Shown: piece after piece, positions 10,869 to 23,469 of the stretch
Layout of the letters: each line of letters starts with the position of its first letter
Position numbering within the stretch: the stretch's first letter is position 1
NCBI RefSeq assembly: GCF_001194135.2
Contig: NC_068984.1
Location: 96,133,619-96,170,433 of the forward strand
Length of the DNA: 36,815 nucleotides
From: Octopus bimaculoides
Lineage: Eukaryota
Reading direction: 5' to 3'
The notes under the pieces: generated by a model
Database searches by the model: none
Seen by the model: the letters and a program-made list of their open reading frames with translations, nothing else
What the model was told of the DNA's origin: nothing
Made by a program: the position numbers and the translations under genes

Positions 10869-11057
10869 TCAGAGTCGGTATCATTGGGATTAGTGCAGTA
10901 TAGTCTGTATTATTGATCCATTTCATTAGGCGATACTGTATAATTGGATGAATCACAGAAGGATGTTTATCCTTTCTCGCCTGATGAAATGGATCAATGA
11001 TGATGCCCACGGATATTACGGCCTATATTGTACTAATCCCAAAATTACCAACTCTGA
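10869..11057. repeat. Imperfect inverted repeat with CTGATGA at the inner end of the right arm
   Basis: 10869-10933 (TCAGAGTCGGTATCATTGGGATTAGTGCAGTATAG..ATTGATCCATTTCATTAGGCGA) pairs with 10977-11057 (TCGCCTGATGAAATGGATCAAT..CTATATTGTACTAATCCCAAAATTACCAACTCTGA). Spacer of 43 nt; ~17-nt indel between arms. Confidence 0.8.
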
Positions 11058-11071
11058 TGTCATTCTTTTAT

Positions 11072-11266
11072 TCTTTTACTTGTTTCAATAATTTGACTGT
11101 GGCCATGCTGGAGCACCGCCTTTAGTCGAGCAAATTGACCTCAGGACTTATTCTTTGTAAGCCTGGTACTTATTCTATCGGGCTCTTTTACCGAACCGCT
11201 AAGTTACAGGGACGTAAACACACCAGCATGTGAAGCGATGTTAGGGGACAACCACAGACACACAAA

Positions 11267-11329
<63 letters not shown>

Positions 11330-11460
11330 GATGAGCTTCTTTCAGTTTCCGTCTACCAAATCCACTCACAAGGCTTCGGTCGGGCTGAGGCTATAGCAGA
11401 AGACACTTGCCCATGGTGTCACTCAAACAAGCTACTACCACACAGCCACTCCTGCGCCTA
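11072..11460 (-). mobile_element. tRNA-derived SINE with internal (CA)n microsatellite (family S2), partly deleted head
   Basis: Minus strand begins TAGGCGCAGGAGTGGCTGTGTGGTAGTAGCTTG. Body collinear with 12001-12494 (-) and 23283-23467 (+). Confidence 0.85.
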
Positions 11461-12000
11461 TATATAATTTGAGCACGTATATGTGTACACTGAGACTTGC
11501 AAACCCTCAATGTCCATTCATACATGACCAACACCGCTGGTATGTGTAGATGTTTCACTCAACGTCACTGTCTTTGACACTGAGTGAAACAGCACCTTGC
11601 CATTTATGTATCCATCTGTTCTTTATCTATATATCTATCCTTCTTTCTAATTCCTCTATTTAACCACTTCCTTCAGTCGTTAACGAGCCTACGAGCGAAA
11701 CAAAGTACATTTTGTGAGGCTCAAGATTATGAGTTCACTAAATAGAAGTATTTAAGATGACCAGAATTATTGCGAAAGAATGTACTCCTGGATTGCATTC
11801 ACAAGCACGTTACATTAGGCTCGATAAACTTTGAAGATTCTAAAGGGTTGGAACATGTCAAGTATGTGTCTATATAACAGAGGCTGAAGTTTTGTTCACC
11901 AATAAAAAATTAATGAGATATAAATCGACCATGGATACGGTAATAATCTCTCAAGGATGACATCTCCAGAAAAATCAAGGGTGAAAGAGAATAAAATATT

Positions 12001-12494
<494 letters not shown>

Positions 12495-12834
12495 TGTTCA
12501 GAAACTGATATAAGATCTTCATCGCATTCGAAGTTGCAACCTACGAGTTGGCTGTCCAATATGGGAGTTTTACAAATTGTTATTGTTGTATAACTCTAGG
12601 TCAGTAGATATACGTGAAAAAGCGTCCTAGCCAACATGTGCATCTCGATTTTCTGCACTGATAGCTCTACTTTAAAAGCTGGTGGAGTGTGATTTAGGGA
12701 AATTGTTGCTATTTCCAGCAGATCAGGCGACTACGTAGACATTCCTTTGCCACATATTGAATCGCTCTTGGTCAGTGCTGATCAAGTAAAGCTGAGGTCA
12801 AAGCTACTCTAGTCCTGACCATCCCTTCTAGTAC

Positions 12835-13178
12835 ACATACATACATACATACATACATACATACACACACATACATACATACATGTATGTATGTATGTAT
12901 GTATGTATGTATGTATGTACATGTATGTATGTATGTATGTATGTATGTATGTATGTATGTTACATAAGACTATGTTATTCAATTTGTTCATTTTTCAAAA
13001 GGATGATGTGTAAGTTGATAGACTTTGGCTTCAATTTCTGGCAGATCAAACGACCATGTAGTGAGATGAAGTAGGTTTCATACCATCTAAGGGAGAAAGG
13101 GAGAGAGAGAGGGGGGAAATTGAAAGTGAGAGAGAGAAAGAGAGAGGAGAAGTGAAATAAAGATAGATAGAGAGATAG

Positions 13179-13209
<31 letters not shown>

Positions 13210-13237
13210 GAAAGAGAGATAGAGAGGGTGAAGCGAA

Positions 13238-13290
<53 letters not shown>
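12835..13290. repeat. (CATA)n/(TGTA)n and (AG)n/(AGAT)n microsatellites
   Basis: Read directly from the sequence. Confidence 0.92.
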
Positions 13291-13292
<2 letters not shown>

Positions 13293-13722
13293 AAGAGTAA
13301 TGATGAGAATCCAATATTTGATTGCTTTATTTATTGATTCCCAGTGCATTGAAGACAAAGATGACCTCAATTGGTTTTGAACATATGGCCACAGAGAACC
13401 GGAACAAACATCGCGAGCAGTTCTATCGGGACGCATTGATAACTCAGTTACCTTGTAGGCCAATTCATCACTTTACTTAGCTGGAACTCTACACAATTGC
13501 CATTTTGTTACATTATAATTACTTTATAATACAAAGTGAAAAAGATAATCTTAGAAGGAGGCCCATAAGAATTCATGACATTCATACTGACCTTCTTTCT
13601 AAAGGCGTAAAGAGATCGCATGTGAAATGAAACGGTTTCAAATGGGAACATAGACCCATACAAGAAGAACTTAAACATATACTGAAAATATATGACCATT
13701 CTTGAACACATTCGTTAGGATA

Positions 13723-14966
13723 CGAGGCGTGTTCATTAAAGGTTTTTCCGGACCAAGGTTGGGATAAACGAAACTTGGCATAATTATTAGTCCTTCTCTA
13801 CATAGCCACCACTAATGGTGATACACCTCTCCCATTGCTTTATGTAGTTGTGAAGACTTCACCTGTAGGAGTCGGTAGGTTGCGTCTGGAGCCAAGACTT
13901 TACCTCGGAAATAAGCTCATCATAATCCGAAAAGTGCTTCTCCTTCAAAAAAGGCTTCATGGTTGAAAAGAGATGGAAGTCCGATGGTACGAGGTCGGGA
14001 TAGTAAGGGGGAAGAGGAAGGATTTCATTGCTGCAGGAGTGTGCTTTCACCTAGGCAACATACGCATTGTGAAGTGGGGCATTGTCATGGATGAGGCGGA
14101 CTCCTTTGGTCAGCATGCCACGTCTCTCTGCTTTGTTGGCGTCCCACAATTTCTGCAGCAGAGAGGCATAATGTCCTTTACTAGAAAATCTTTCATCGCT
14201 ACTCTGCAGTGGTCCCAAGAGACTGAGCATTACCTCGCCTGCTGAGGGTTGGACACGAGCCTTCTTTGGAGGTGGTGAGTTATCATGCCTCCATTGATGC
14301 GACTGGACTTTAGTCTCAGGATCATAGTGATGGAGCCATGTTTCATCCTGTGTGATAAGTCTGCCGAAAAAGTCTTCCTCGTTTTCTTGGCACCTTGCCA
14401 AAAGAGCCTGAGAGTTCCTGCTTCTGAAAATATGTGAGCATCCAGGGAATCCATCGTGCAGACAACTTCCACATGTGAAAATGGCCGTGAATGATTTTTT
14501 CCACGGACCTTACACTTATCTTCACTTCTTGGGTTAGCTGCCGAATAGCTATGCGGCGATACTCCAAAATGGCGGCTTCTACTTTATAGATGGTGTCGTC
14601 ATCAATGGCAGAATGTGGTCGTCCAGGAATAGGAGCAGTTTTCACTGATGTCCGACTACATTTGAAGTGGTGATGCTAGTGCATGACTACATCGTATGAT
14701 GGTGCATTGTTACCTTAAACTTCATTCATCTCACCGAAAGGTGTACGACCGTTCAAGTATAAGAACCTGATCACAGATCTGCGTTCAACTGTCTCCATTA
14801 TAACACTTTAGTCCACTTCGGCAACCGTAAAGGACAAAGGAATATTAGTGGAAAGCTGCAATTTACAATGTGACATATAGAGACATGTATAATTATATCT
14901 GTAAAAGTTCCGTTTCCTGCAATAACCGGAAGTGGGTCAGGGGAAATCTTTAATAAACGCCCCTCG
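13723..14966 (-). mobile_element. Full-length (~1244 bp) mariner element, irritans-like ITRs, inactivated transposase at ~13787-14798
   Basis: Left ITR CGAGGCGTGTTCATTAAAGGTTTTTCCGGACC is preceded by TA. Right ITR (reverse complement) CGAGGGGCGTTTATTAAAGATTTCCCCTGACC has ~7 mismatches and is followed by CA. Minus-strand METVERRSVIRFL..PGRPHS..KLSARWIPWMLT..LITQDETWLHHYDPETK..IHDNAPLH..LPPYYPDLVPSDFHLF..GGYVEKD*, with stops and frameshifts. Confidence 0.95.
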
Positions 14967-15559
14967 CAGGTATAATAGAAATGTAAGATAACTCAAAATT
15001 GTGACTTGTGTTCTACTAGATGCGGCGCTAAACACTCGTGCCAAATTCTCAAACTGCACCAAAAGAACAAAATAAAGCACCGCAGAAAAAGAAAACATGA
15101 TTTACGCTAATACAAGTAACGTTTGGCCCACTTGAATGTGTTGGTGGAGTTAAATTCTTCAATGTTCTTTCAGTCTAATATATTTTCTCTCACCGAAGAT
15201 AATACAGAATACATGAATAGCGAAGGAAGAGAATAATTGGGGAGATAAATAATGGAATTCAATAAATGTTCGAAAATAGAATAAAAATCAAACAAGCAAC
15301 ACGCACACACGCGCGACGCACACACACGCATACGCACACACATTTGTATATATTATGTACGTATAATTAATAAATAAAAGAGAGAAAGAATATAAAAATG
15401 TGATATAAAATATGAGAAGGTTTATCTTTTCTTTACACTATTGGCAGCAGCTCAAATACCAACACCTACAATTCCAGATACATCTACTGTTTCTACTGTT
15501 TTTTATGTATAACACATACGCGGAAACATACGTACATACCCAAACACGTACACATGTAT

Positions 15560-15686
15560 TATGTTTGCATGATGGGATACATACATAAATACATACATAT
15601 ATACATACATATAAACACATATAAGTATGTACATATATGTATGTATGAATGTATGTATATATATGCACACATGCAGTAGATGCAAA

Positions 15687-15747
<61 letters not shown>

Positions 15748-15759
15748 NNNNNNNNNNNN

Positions 15760-15817
<58 letters not shown>

Positions 15818-16119
15818 GTGTGTATGTGTGTGCGTATGTGCATTGTACACACACTTATATGTAAAGACATGTACACCATCATATGCATTAGATTTGTAAA
15901 CGCCTACATATATGCACATGGATGCATATACAAGCCTCATCCACACGTGTATATGTAATTACATATGCAGATATACGCGTGCCTTTGAAAACAAATTATC
16001 ACTCAAGCCATTACAACAGCCAATATGTAAAACTTTGTATATATGCATGTATACATACTTGTATGCTCATATATATGTGCGAGTGTGTTAGTGCGTGTGT
16101 ATGTGTGTGTATGTGTGTG

Positions 16120-16195
<76 letters not shown>

Positions 16196-16240
16196 TATGT
16201 ATATTCCCTTGTATGCGCATGTATATACACAATATATATG

Positions 16241-16285
<45 letters not shown>
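15560..16285. repeat. (TA)n/(TG)n/(CA)n/(CATA)n microsatellite block
   Basis: Read directly from the sequence. Confidence 0.95.
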
Positions 16286-16287
<2 letters not shown>

Positions 16288-16699
16288 TGTTGTGGAGATC
16301 ATGGAAAAACATACAGGTAACAGAAATGGTAGTCACAGAAGCCATAATACTACCAGCTCTTTTTAGGGAATAGATATTTCAACTGGACAGTAGACCCGAT
16401 AAATCAAAGACACTTAAATGACCCAGAAATTTATTTATCGAAAGAAATTTTGATTTGAAGTGAAATCGATCTATTATTGTAAGGATTCAAATTTACCACT
16501 ACATCAATCTACGCCTTCGCCTGAGAGAATTTTTCAACAATAGAAAAGGAAATGACAAATAAATTTCAGGAATAAATCCAGTTTCACATTTCATGGAGGA
16601 AGACATGAACTTTTGTATACGTACTTCGATACTACATCTAAATTTCCTATTAATACATAACTATGCAAACAAAACTTTCGAAAAGAAAAAAGGAAAAAA

Positions 16700-17950
16700 G
16701 CCCTGCAGATGCTGAGAATTAAAAATTCTGTTATTTTGAAAGAAACTAAGGGCGGCGCGCTTATTATCTTGGGTAAAGACTCCTACAAAGACAAAATAGG
16801 ACAATTGAAAAAGATGGAATCTAGTCCATGGAAAAATCAGGAAATGTTGGTAAAACAACAATAAAAAAAATTAAATCACTAGTTACTTAACGATTAAAGA
16901 AATTGATTTCCTACGTATATACAAAATTAAAGAAATCTTCTATGGTTTATGAAAAATTCTTAAAAGCTTTGAAATACAGAAAGTTATAAGTGATCGACAT
17001 AATATTTACATGAAAAGAGTGAGACCAGCTGATCTCAAAATGAGAGCAATAGTGACAGGACTGCGATCCTAACACAATACCTGAGTCACTTTATAAACTT
17101 ACTCCAAATGGTGTTTGAGACAACATGGTTTTCTTGAAATATATGCCATCAAAGGACCAAAGGGCATTGAACGTCACTAGACTTTATACCAATATACCAC
17201 CCTTATTACGTTTAACAGTGGTCAATTACTGGGTTGAGAAAACATAAAGGAATGACAAAGGAGCGTTTCGGAACAGAAGTCATTATCAAAACGCAACAAT
17301 TAATTTTGGAAGGAAACACATTTCATTTCGATGGAAGAACTGAAAATTAGATCAAAGAAACAGCCATGGATACAATAGCGTACACTTTTATGTAAAATCT
17401 AGTAATGAGGTTCCTAGAAGAGAAGCTGTTTCACGGAATAAGTACGACATTGAACTAAACCTTATGTCGTTATAAAGTGTATATATAAAGAATATTTCAC
17501 TGACAAGTGGAAGCGCTTTCTCAACGGCTGTTTTACTTTTTGGAACAGATCAAAAAACGAATTACATGTTTCATAACATCTTGACTGACCTTCATTCATC
17601 CGTTAAATTCACAATGGAAATTAGCAAAAAGAGACTATTAATCTTGGACATACTTGTGATGCCAAGATTACAACAGACATATTCTATTGAAAAAACAAAC
17701 GGATGCACCTGAATATTAAAATTTTACTCATGCTATCCATCACGATCAAACGAAATATCTTATACTGCATTACAAGACGCATATACGCTGTAGTGATCAA
17801 TTCAGAACTACGGTAAATGCAATGGATGATCTGAGAGGCTTTTTCAAACAGAAAGATATCCCTTAAAATTAGCAGACAACAGAATCAAAAAGGCAAACAA
17901 ATCAAGATATATCACACCAAAATACATTCGCTTCAAACTAAACAAAACCC
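16700..17950 (+). pseudogene. Degenerate Penelope-like reverse transcriptase
   Basis: Collinear RT motifs across frameshifts: DVTRLYTNIP; LILEGNTFHFDG..IKETAMDT; LVMRFLEEKLF; KWKRFLNGCFTFW (YLDD decayed); LHSSVKFTME..ILDILV; RNISYC..RRI. Confidence 0.8.
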
Positions 17951-18337
17951 AAATCCTCTTCTGAAGAACTAAATCCTCAAAAGGCCAGCATTACTAACAA
18001 GTGACAAAAAAAAGAAGAAAAAAAACACTCAATAAATGTTGCTCCCACAAGAGCAAAATACGCTTCCGAATTCAATTCGGCCCAGAATTCTATTTGAAAA
18101 AGTGTGTAAATAGCGGGTGTAGAATGAGCAAAAGTAAAAATTACAGTTAAAAGTGAAACTGATTTTAAGATAAAATGCAAAACCAGACAATTCTTCAGAT
18201 GAAACTTGGACATATAGAAAAGAAAAGGAACATATTTATTTCCACTCACAAAACACAGTCTCACTTACACTCAAATTTTAGTACAAAAAATATGAGGGAA
18301 AGAAGGCAGAAAATAATTCCATATATATTCAATATGG

Positions 18338-18368
<31 letters not shown>

Positions 18369-18678
18369 TGTATGTATGTATGTATGTATATAATANNNNN
18401 NNNNNNNNNNNNNNNNNNNNNNNNNNNNNNNNNNNNNNNNNNNNNNNNNNNNNNNNNNNNNNNNNNNNNNNNNNNNNNNNNNNNNNNNNNNNNNNNNNNN
18501 NNNNNNNNNNNNNNNNNNNNNNNNNNNNNNNNNNNNNNNNNNNNNNNNNNNNNNNNNNNNNNNNNNNNNNNNNNNNNNNNNNNNNNNNNNNNNNNNNNNN
18601 NNNNNNNNNNNNNNNNNNNNNNNNNNATATATATATATATATATATATAATCTGTAAAAATATGTGACACTTATTCGG

Positions 18679-18752
18679 TAGCCATGATAAAACTCCGAGT
18701 TTCGGATGCCGAGGTAGGAACCTACGCCGCCATCTCTTCAGTTATCCGGCCA
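18679..18752 (-). ncRNA. Type I hammerhead ribozyme (H1 copy 2)
   Basis: Minus strand UGGCCGGAUAA-CUGAAGA-GAUG-GCGGCGUAGGUUCCUACCUCGG-CAUCC-GAAA-CUCGGAG-UU-UUAUCAUGGCUA. All core nucleotides canonical. Confidence 0.82.
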
Positions 18753-19118
18753 TTGAAAATTACAGTGAAAAATGACCGTTAAGCAAGGGGAAATTACTGT
18801 ATCGTTGACAAAAGGGCTATGGACAAAAGGGCTATGGACCGCTAAGTAAGGGGAGAGGGTAAAGGTAAGCGAGTAGAAGAGTCTATAGTGTTCGTGTAAG
18901 CGCAAGTGTCTATATAGTGTTCGTGTAAGCGTGGTTGAGTATATACATATAGGCGAATGTACGGATTGGTGCGCTTACACGAACACTATAGACTTTTCTA
19001 CGCCCTTACCTTTACTCCATCCTCTTACTTAGCGATCCATAGCTCTTTTGTCTTAATAACGGTCAACCACACTGTAATTTCCCTTTGTTTAACGGTCATT
19101 TTTCACAGGAATTTTCAA

Positions 19119-19192
19119 TGGCCGGATAACTGAAGAGATGTTGGCGTGGGTTCCCACCCCGGAATCCGAAACTTGGAGTTTTATCATGGCTA
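19119..19192 (+). ncRNA. Type I hammerhead ribozyme (H1 copy 3)
   Basis: GAUAA-CUGAAGA(19130-36)-GAUG..AAUCC-GAAA(19168-71)-CUUGGAG-UU-UUAUC. Core intact; one lost pair in stem II and one G-U in stem III relative to copies 1 and 2. Confidence 0.75.
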
Positions 19193-20649
19193 CCAAATAA
19201 GTGTCACATATTTTTATAGATAAGTTCCTCTATTTACATAATATCGAGGTCTCTTTCTTTCTTTTGTTGTCCTTTCTATCAATATATATATATATTGTTG
19301 TATTTGGGGATGGTCATGTTGCCAGTTTAGCCAATAAAAACACACGCACAATATATTTGGTGTTAATTTGCTTCAGTTTTATATTNNNNNNNNNNNNNNN
19401 NNNNNNNNNNNNNNNNNNNNNNNNNNNNNNNNNNNNNNNNNNNNNNNNNNNNNNNNNNNNNNNNNNNNNNNNNNNNNNNNNNNNNNNNNNNNNNNNNNNN
19501 NNNNNNNNNNNNNNNNNNNNNNNNNNNNNNNNNNNNNNNNNNNNNNNNNNNNNNNNNNNNNNNNNNNNNNNNNNNNNNNNNNNNNNNNNNNNNNNNNNNN
19601 NNNNNNNNNNNNNNNNNNNNNNNNNNNNNNNNNNNNNNNNNNNNNNNNNNNNNNNNNNNNNNNNNNNNNNNNNNNNNNNNNNNNNNNNNNNNNNNNNNNN
19701 NNNNNNNNNNNNNNNNNNNNNNNNNNNNNNNNNNNNNNNNNNNNNNNNNNNNNNNNNNNNNNNNNNNNNNNNNNNNNNNNNNNNNNNNNNNNNNNNNNNN
19801 NNNNNNNNNNNNNNNNNNNNNNNNNNNNNNNNNNNNNNNNNNNNNNNNNNNNNNNNNNNNNNNNNNNNNNNNNNNNNNNNNNNNNNNNNNNNNNNNNNNN
19901 NNNNNNNNNNNNNNNNNNNNNNNNNNNNNNNNNNNNNNNNNNNNNNNNNNNNNNNNNNNNNNNNNNNNNNNNNNNNNNNNNNNNNNNNNNNNNNNNNNNN
20001 NNNNNNNNNNNNNNNNNNNNNNNNNNNNNNNNNNNNNNNNNNNNNNNNNNNNNNNNNNNNNNNNNNNNNNNNNNNNNNNNNNNNNNNNNNNNNNNNNNNN
20101 NNNNNNNNNNNNNNNNNNNNNNNNNNNNNNNNNNNNNNNNNNNNNNNNNNNNNNNNNNNNNNNNNNNNNNNNNNNNNNNNNNNNNNNNNNNNNNNNNNNN
20201 NNNNNNNNNNNNNNNNNNNNNNNNNNNNNNNNNNNNNNNNNNATATATATATACATATTTATTTATTTATTTATTTATCCATGTACATACGTACACACAA
20301 ATGTATATGGGTACTCTTATTTATTTTGCTTTTATCTTCTATCCAAAATAATAGAGTTTTTTACGATTGTTTCCATAATACTACATAGGTATGAGCTGCG
20401 TAGTAAACTCGTTGAAGATAAACGATTATATTGGTACTGATTTTTTTCTTCGTTCTTTTGAATTGCTTCCAAATCTAACTTCGTTTATAATAAACTGTTT
20501 AGCAGTTTCTGTTGAACCTTTTACTAGCTGCTTTGAAGTTGATTGAATATATTTGTTTTCCCTTCCAGAGAAATCGGCTTTCCTAATATTTGAAACTATA
20601 ATTCTATATCAAAAATATTCAACAAAACGTACTCTCGCACATACATCTA

Positions 20650-20820
20650 ATCATGTATGTATGTATGTATGCATGTATGTATGTATGTATGTATGTATGT
20701 ATGTATGTATGTATGTATGCATGTATGTATGTATGTATGCATGCATGCATGCATGTGTGTATGTAGGTATGTATGTAAGTATATGTATGTATATGTATGC
20801 GTGTATGTATGTGTGTGTAT
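20650..20820 (+). repeat. (TGTA)n microsatellite
   Basis: Read directly from the sequence. Confidence 0.95.
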
Positions 20821-20949
20821 TTAGAATCATTTGCCGGTTTATACTATTGTTATTCAGAGTTTCACGCGCAAAAATTACATGTACAATCAGCACTTTTCAA
20901 ATTTGGTGAATGATGGAGACTATGTGTCCAGTCAGTCCTATACTCAACT

Positions 20950-21560
20950 GATCAAGGGTAGTTCCCTGAGTGAATGTGTTATATGCTAGAAATATTCACT
21001 TTCCCTTGTGTTCCCAAAACAATTGGGTCAAGAATGTAGAGTCTACCTTTTTGTTCCTAACTGAATCTGTGTAGATGTTAGTCATAGCAACTTTTGAAGG
21101 TAATCATTATATGTTCTGTGTAATTCGTTTCGATACTCAACACCGTTATGTTTGAGACCGGTTATTTTTGTCTGGATAACTTTGCTTCCCAGATCATACA
21201 CTACGTCCAAGAAATCCTCCACTTAAACATTCAACTCACGATTGCCTCCTGTTCACTCAGGGTCTTTCCAAATCAGTGATATATCAAGCATTTATAATAT
21301 CTCTGTACAATATTGAAAAGAATTACACTGGTCTCACAGATAACATCTCAATCTATTGTGACTTTAAATCTCTATATTATCGGTACGTATATCAGTGAAA
21401 TACATGTGCTTAGCTAGAGCTCTGGCTCACTGAGTAAATGGTCATCGCTTCCTCCTATTACAACAGCAGTACCAGTCTGTTCCTGTTTTTAACCAGATAC
21501 CATGGAGATACAGTGGAGGGATCATTGTATTAATGATGAGAGTTTCTGTAGTGTTAAGCA
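20950..21560 (-). mobile_element. Highly degenerate RTE-like LINE RT fragment
   Basis: Scattered minus-strand remnants in RTE order: TVSPWYL..LVLL (cf. GCPWELLYADDLVL), NSFQYCT, VEDFLDVVYDLG, LGTK/GRLY. Weak and judged by eye. Confidence 0.4.
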
Positions 21561-21659
21561 ATTATATAGTATACTATCATGTCCAAACCTATTCTAAAAT
21601 TAGAATATCGAACAAAGCCTTGCCAATTTTATTATCGTGGAACTGATTATGCAAGAAGG

Positions 21660-21870
21660 CTATGTATTATTAAAGCTAGGTAAGATTATGTTCGAGGAAT
21701 ACGATAACCCAGTGTCATTAAACTAGATACAGACTATGTAAGAGAGCTATGATAGCACTGTATTATTAAAGCTAAGCACACAGTATGTAAGAGAGCTGTG
21801 GTAGTCTTGTATTATTAAAGCTGAGAGAAGACTATATAAGAGTGCGATGGCAGCCCTGTGTTACTTCAAA
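21660..21870 (+). repeat. Degenerate ~48-49-bp minisatellite, 4-5 units
   Basis: TGTATTATTAAAGCT starts at 21663, 21759 and 21808, with decayed versions near 21712 and 21857. The intervening segments are homologous (AGACTATGTAAGAGAGCT.TG.TAG). Confidence 0.8.
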
Positions 21871-22215
21871 ACTTAAACGAATGTAATTAACAATGAATAT
21901 TTGCAGCACATTGCATAAGCAAAAGCATTGATTTTTTTATAATACAGATGTAATAGCCAACATAACACATGCGATGAACTTCCGCGCAGTTTCTGTCTAT
22001 TAAATGTTACATGCAAAGAATTTTCAATCCCAGGTAAAAATAGGAGGCACTTTCTCAAAGTCGAGCAGTGAGATCGAAACATGAACCATATTTTTGTGCT
22101 GTGAACTTATTATTTGTCTGTACATATATATGTGATATTCATAATTAAGCAATATAACGCAACATATAAAACAAACAACATTATAAATTGTTTTATTTTT
22201 TTAACTTTTACGTAG

Positions 22216-22360
22216 TAAAATTCACGAGGTATGCCCCAAATTTCCACCAGCTAGCTGCCCATTGAAGCCTAGACATCGTTCTTTAGAACAGTTGAATCAT
22301 CTACAGAGCGGTCGACTATTAAGGACGAACAAAGTGGAGCCATGTGGTTTTAAAACAATT
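22216..22360 (+). CDS. Candidate internal coding exon of an unidentified host gene
   Basis: Pyrimidine tract plus TAG ending at 22215; 145-nt stop-free frame KIHEVCPKFPPASCPLKPRHRSLEQLNHLQSGRLLRTNKVEPCGFKTI; GTAAGT donor at 22361. No homology recognised. Confidence 0.3.
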
Positions 22361-23217
22361 GTAAGTATCAAACTTTCAACTTTCAGGGGTTAACAAAAAT
22401 TACCACTAAAATACTATTTGATATAATTGGTATCACATCTCACTCGGATATTCAAAACTTTGTGTCAATTTCGACCATCTTCTGTTGCCTCTATTTGTTA
22501 TTATCTATTTAATCATATGTTTCCACTTACTGCCTTCCTATCATACATACTCTGAAACCCCTTCTACGTTTTAAAAAAAAATTGTCCAAGTAATTTTCCT
22601 GTTTCGTTGTTCTGGTAGAAAAAAAAAAACAAAACGAAATTTTGTTTTTGGCTATACACACACGTCCACAAATTCCCACGTAGAAGATAGTTCCTGTCAA
22701 GATTACTCGACAGAAAGAAAGAGCTTCAAAGAAAGGGCTTAAGACCTTTTTTTAAATATTTTTCTCCCCATTAACTTGTAGAAACAAGTAGATTAGAAGT
22801 TCAATCCTTAGGTATCTTTATTGTGCGCATATACTTTTGTAGACATCCATTTTACTTCGTTTTTCAGTGGTTCAATATAGGCACCTATGGAATACCTGGA
22901 GGAAGTGTTAATTATAAAAGGGGTAAGAGCAATTAGCATCCCAGTGATCTTTTAAAGTCTTGAAAACACAAACAGAGATTAGAGAAGAAATACAAACGGT
23001 AAAACAGAGAAACACAGTTATAAACAGATAGTTTTACAAGCGTAAAATGTAAACTTGTTAAGAAAATCACCCAAACAAAAACTGTAAACATTGTAGGATT
23101 CTCATAATGTAGCAGGCTCTCCAGCGGCAAGTTTGGGCCCAAATAAATTATATAGCTGCAAGTTGGTACCAAGAACTAGATCTTTTGCACTACTTAATAA
23201 TTTTTTCTTTGTGTGTG

Positions 23218-23272
<55 letters not shown>

Positions 23273-23282
23273 NNNNNNNNNN

Positions 23283-23467
23283 GAGTGGTTGAGTGGTAAG
23301 TAGCTTGCTTACCAACCACATGGCTCCGGGTTCAGTCCCACTGCATGGCACCTTGAGCAAGTGTCTTCTACTATAGCTTCAGGCCGATGAAAGCCTTGTG
23401 AGTGGATTTAGTGGTGCTCCAGCATAGCCGGAGTGAAATGACTGAAACGAATAAAATAATAAAAGAA
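23283..23467 (+). mobile_element. tRNA-derived SINE family S2, internally deleted
   Basis: GAGTGGTAAGTAGCTTGCTTACCAACCACATGGCTCCGGGTTCAGTCCC head, joined directly to the 3' end GTGGTGCTCCAGCAT..ACTGAAAC..AATAAAAGAA. Confidence 0.85.
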
Positions 23468-23469
23468 CT

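Larger units (their letters stand above)
18650..19221. repeat. Long inverted duplication (~250-bp arms) of the H1 hammerhead unit
   Basis: 18650-18904 is the reverse complement of 18970-19221, with scattered substitutions and small indels. The 65-nt spacer holds a partial extra copy (18911-18931). Confidence 0.92.

Noticed and set aside
21660-21870. CRISPR-like repeat-spacer appearance
   Set aside because: The 'spacers' are homologous to each other, there are no cas genes, and the context is eukaryotic. It is a minisatellite.
23283-23345. tRNA gene candidates (also 1830-1875 minus, 12430-12494 minus, 30960-30985)
   Set aside because: A/B boxes continue into shared SINE bodies and no complete cloverleaf forms; these are SINE heads.
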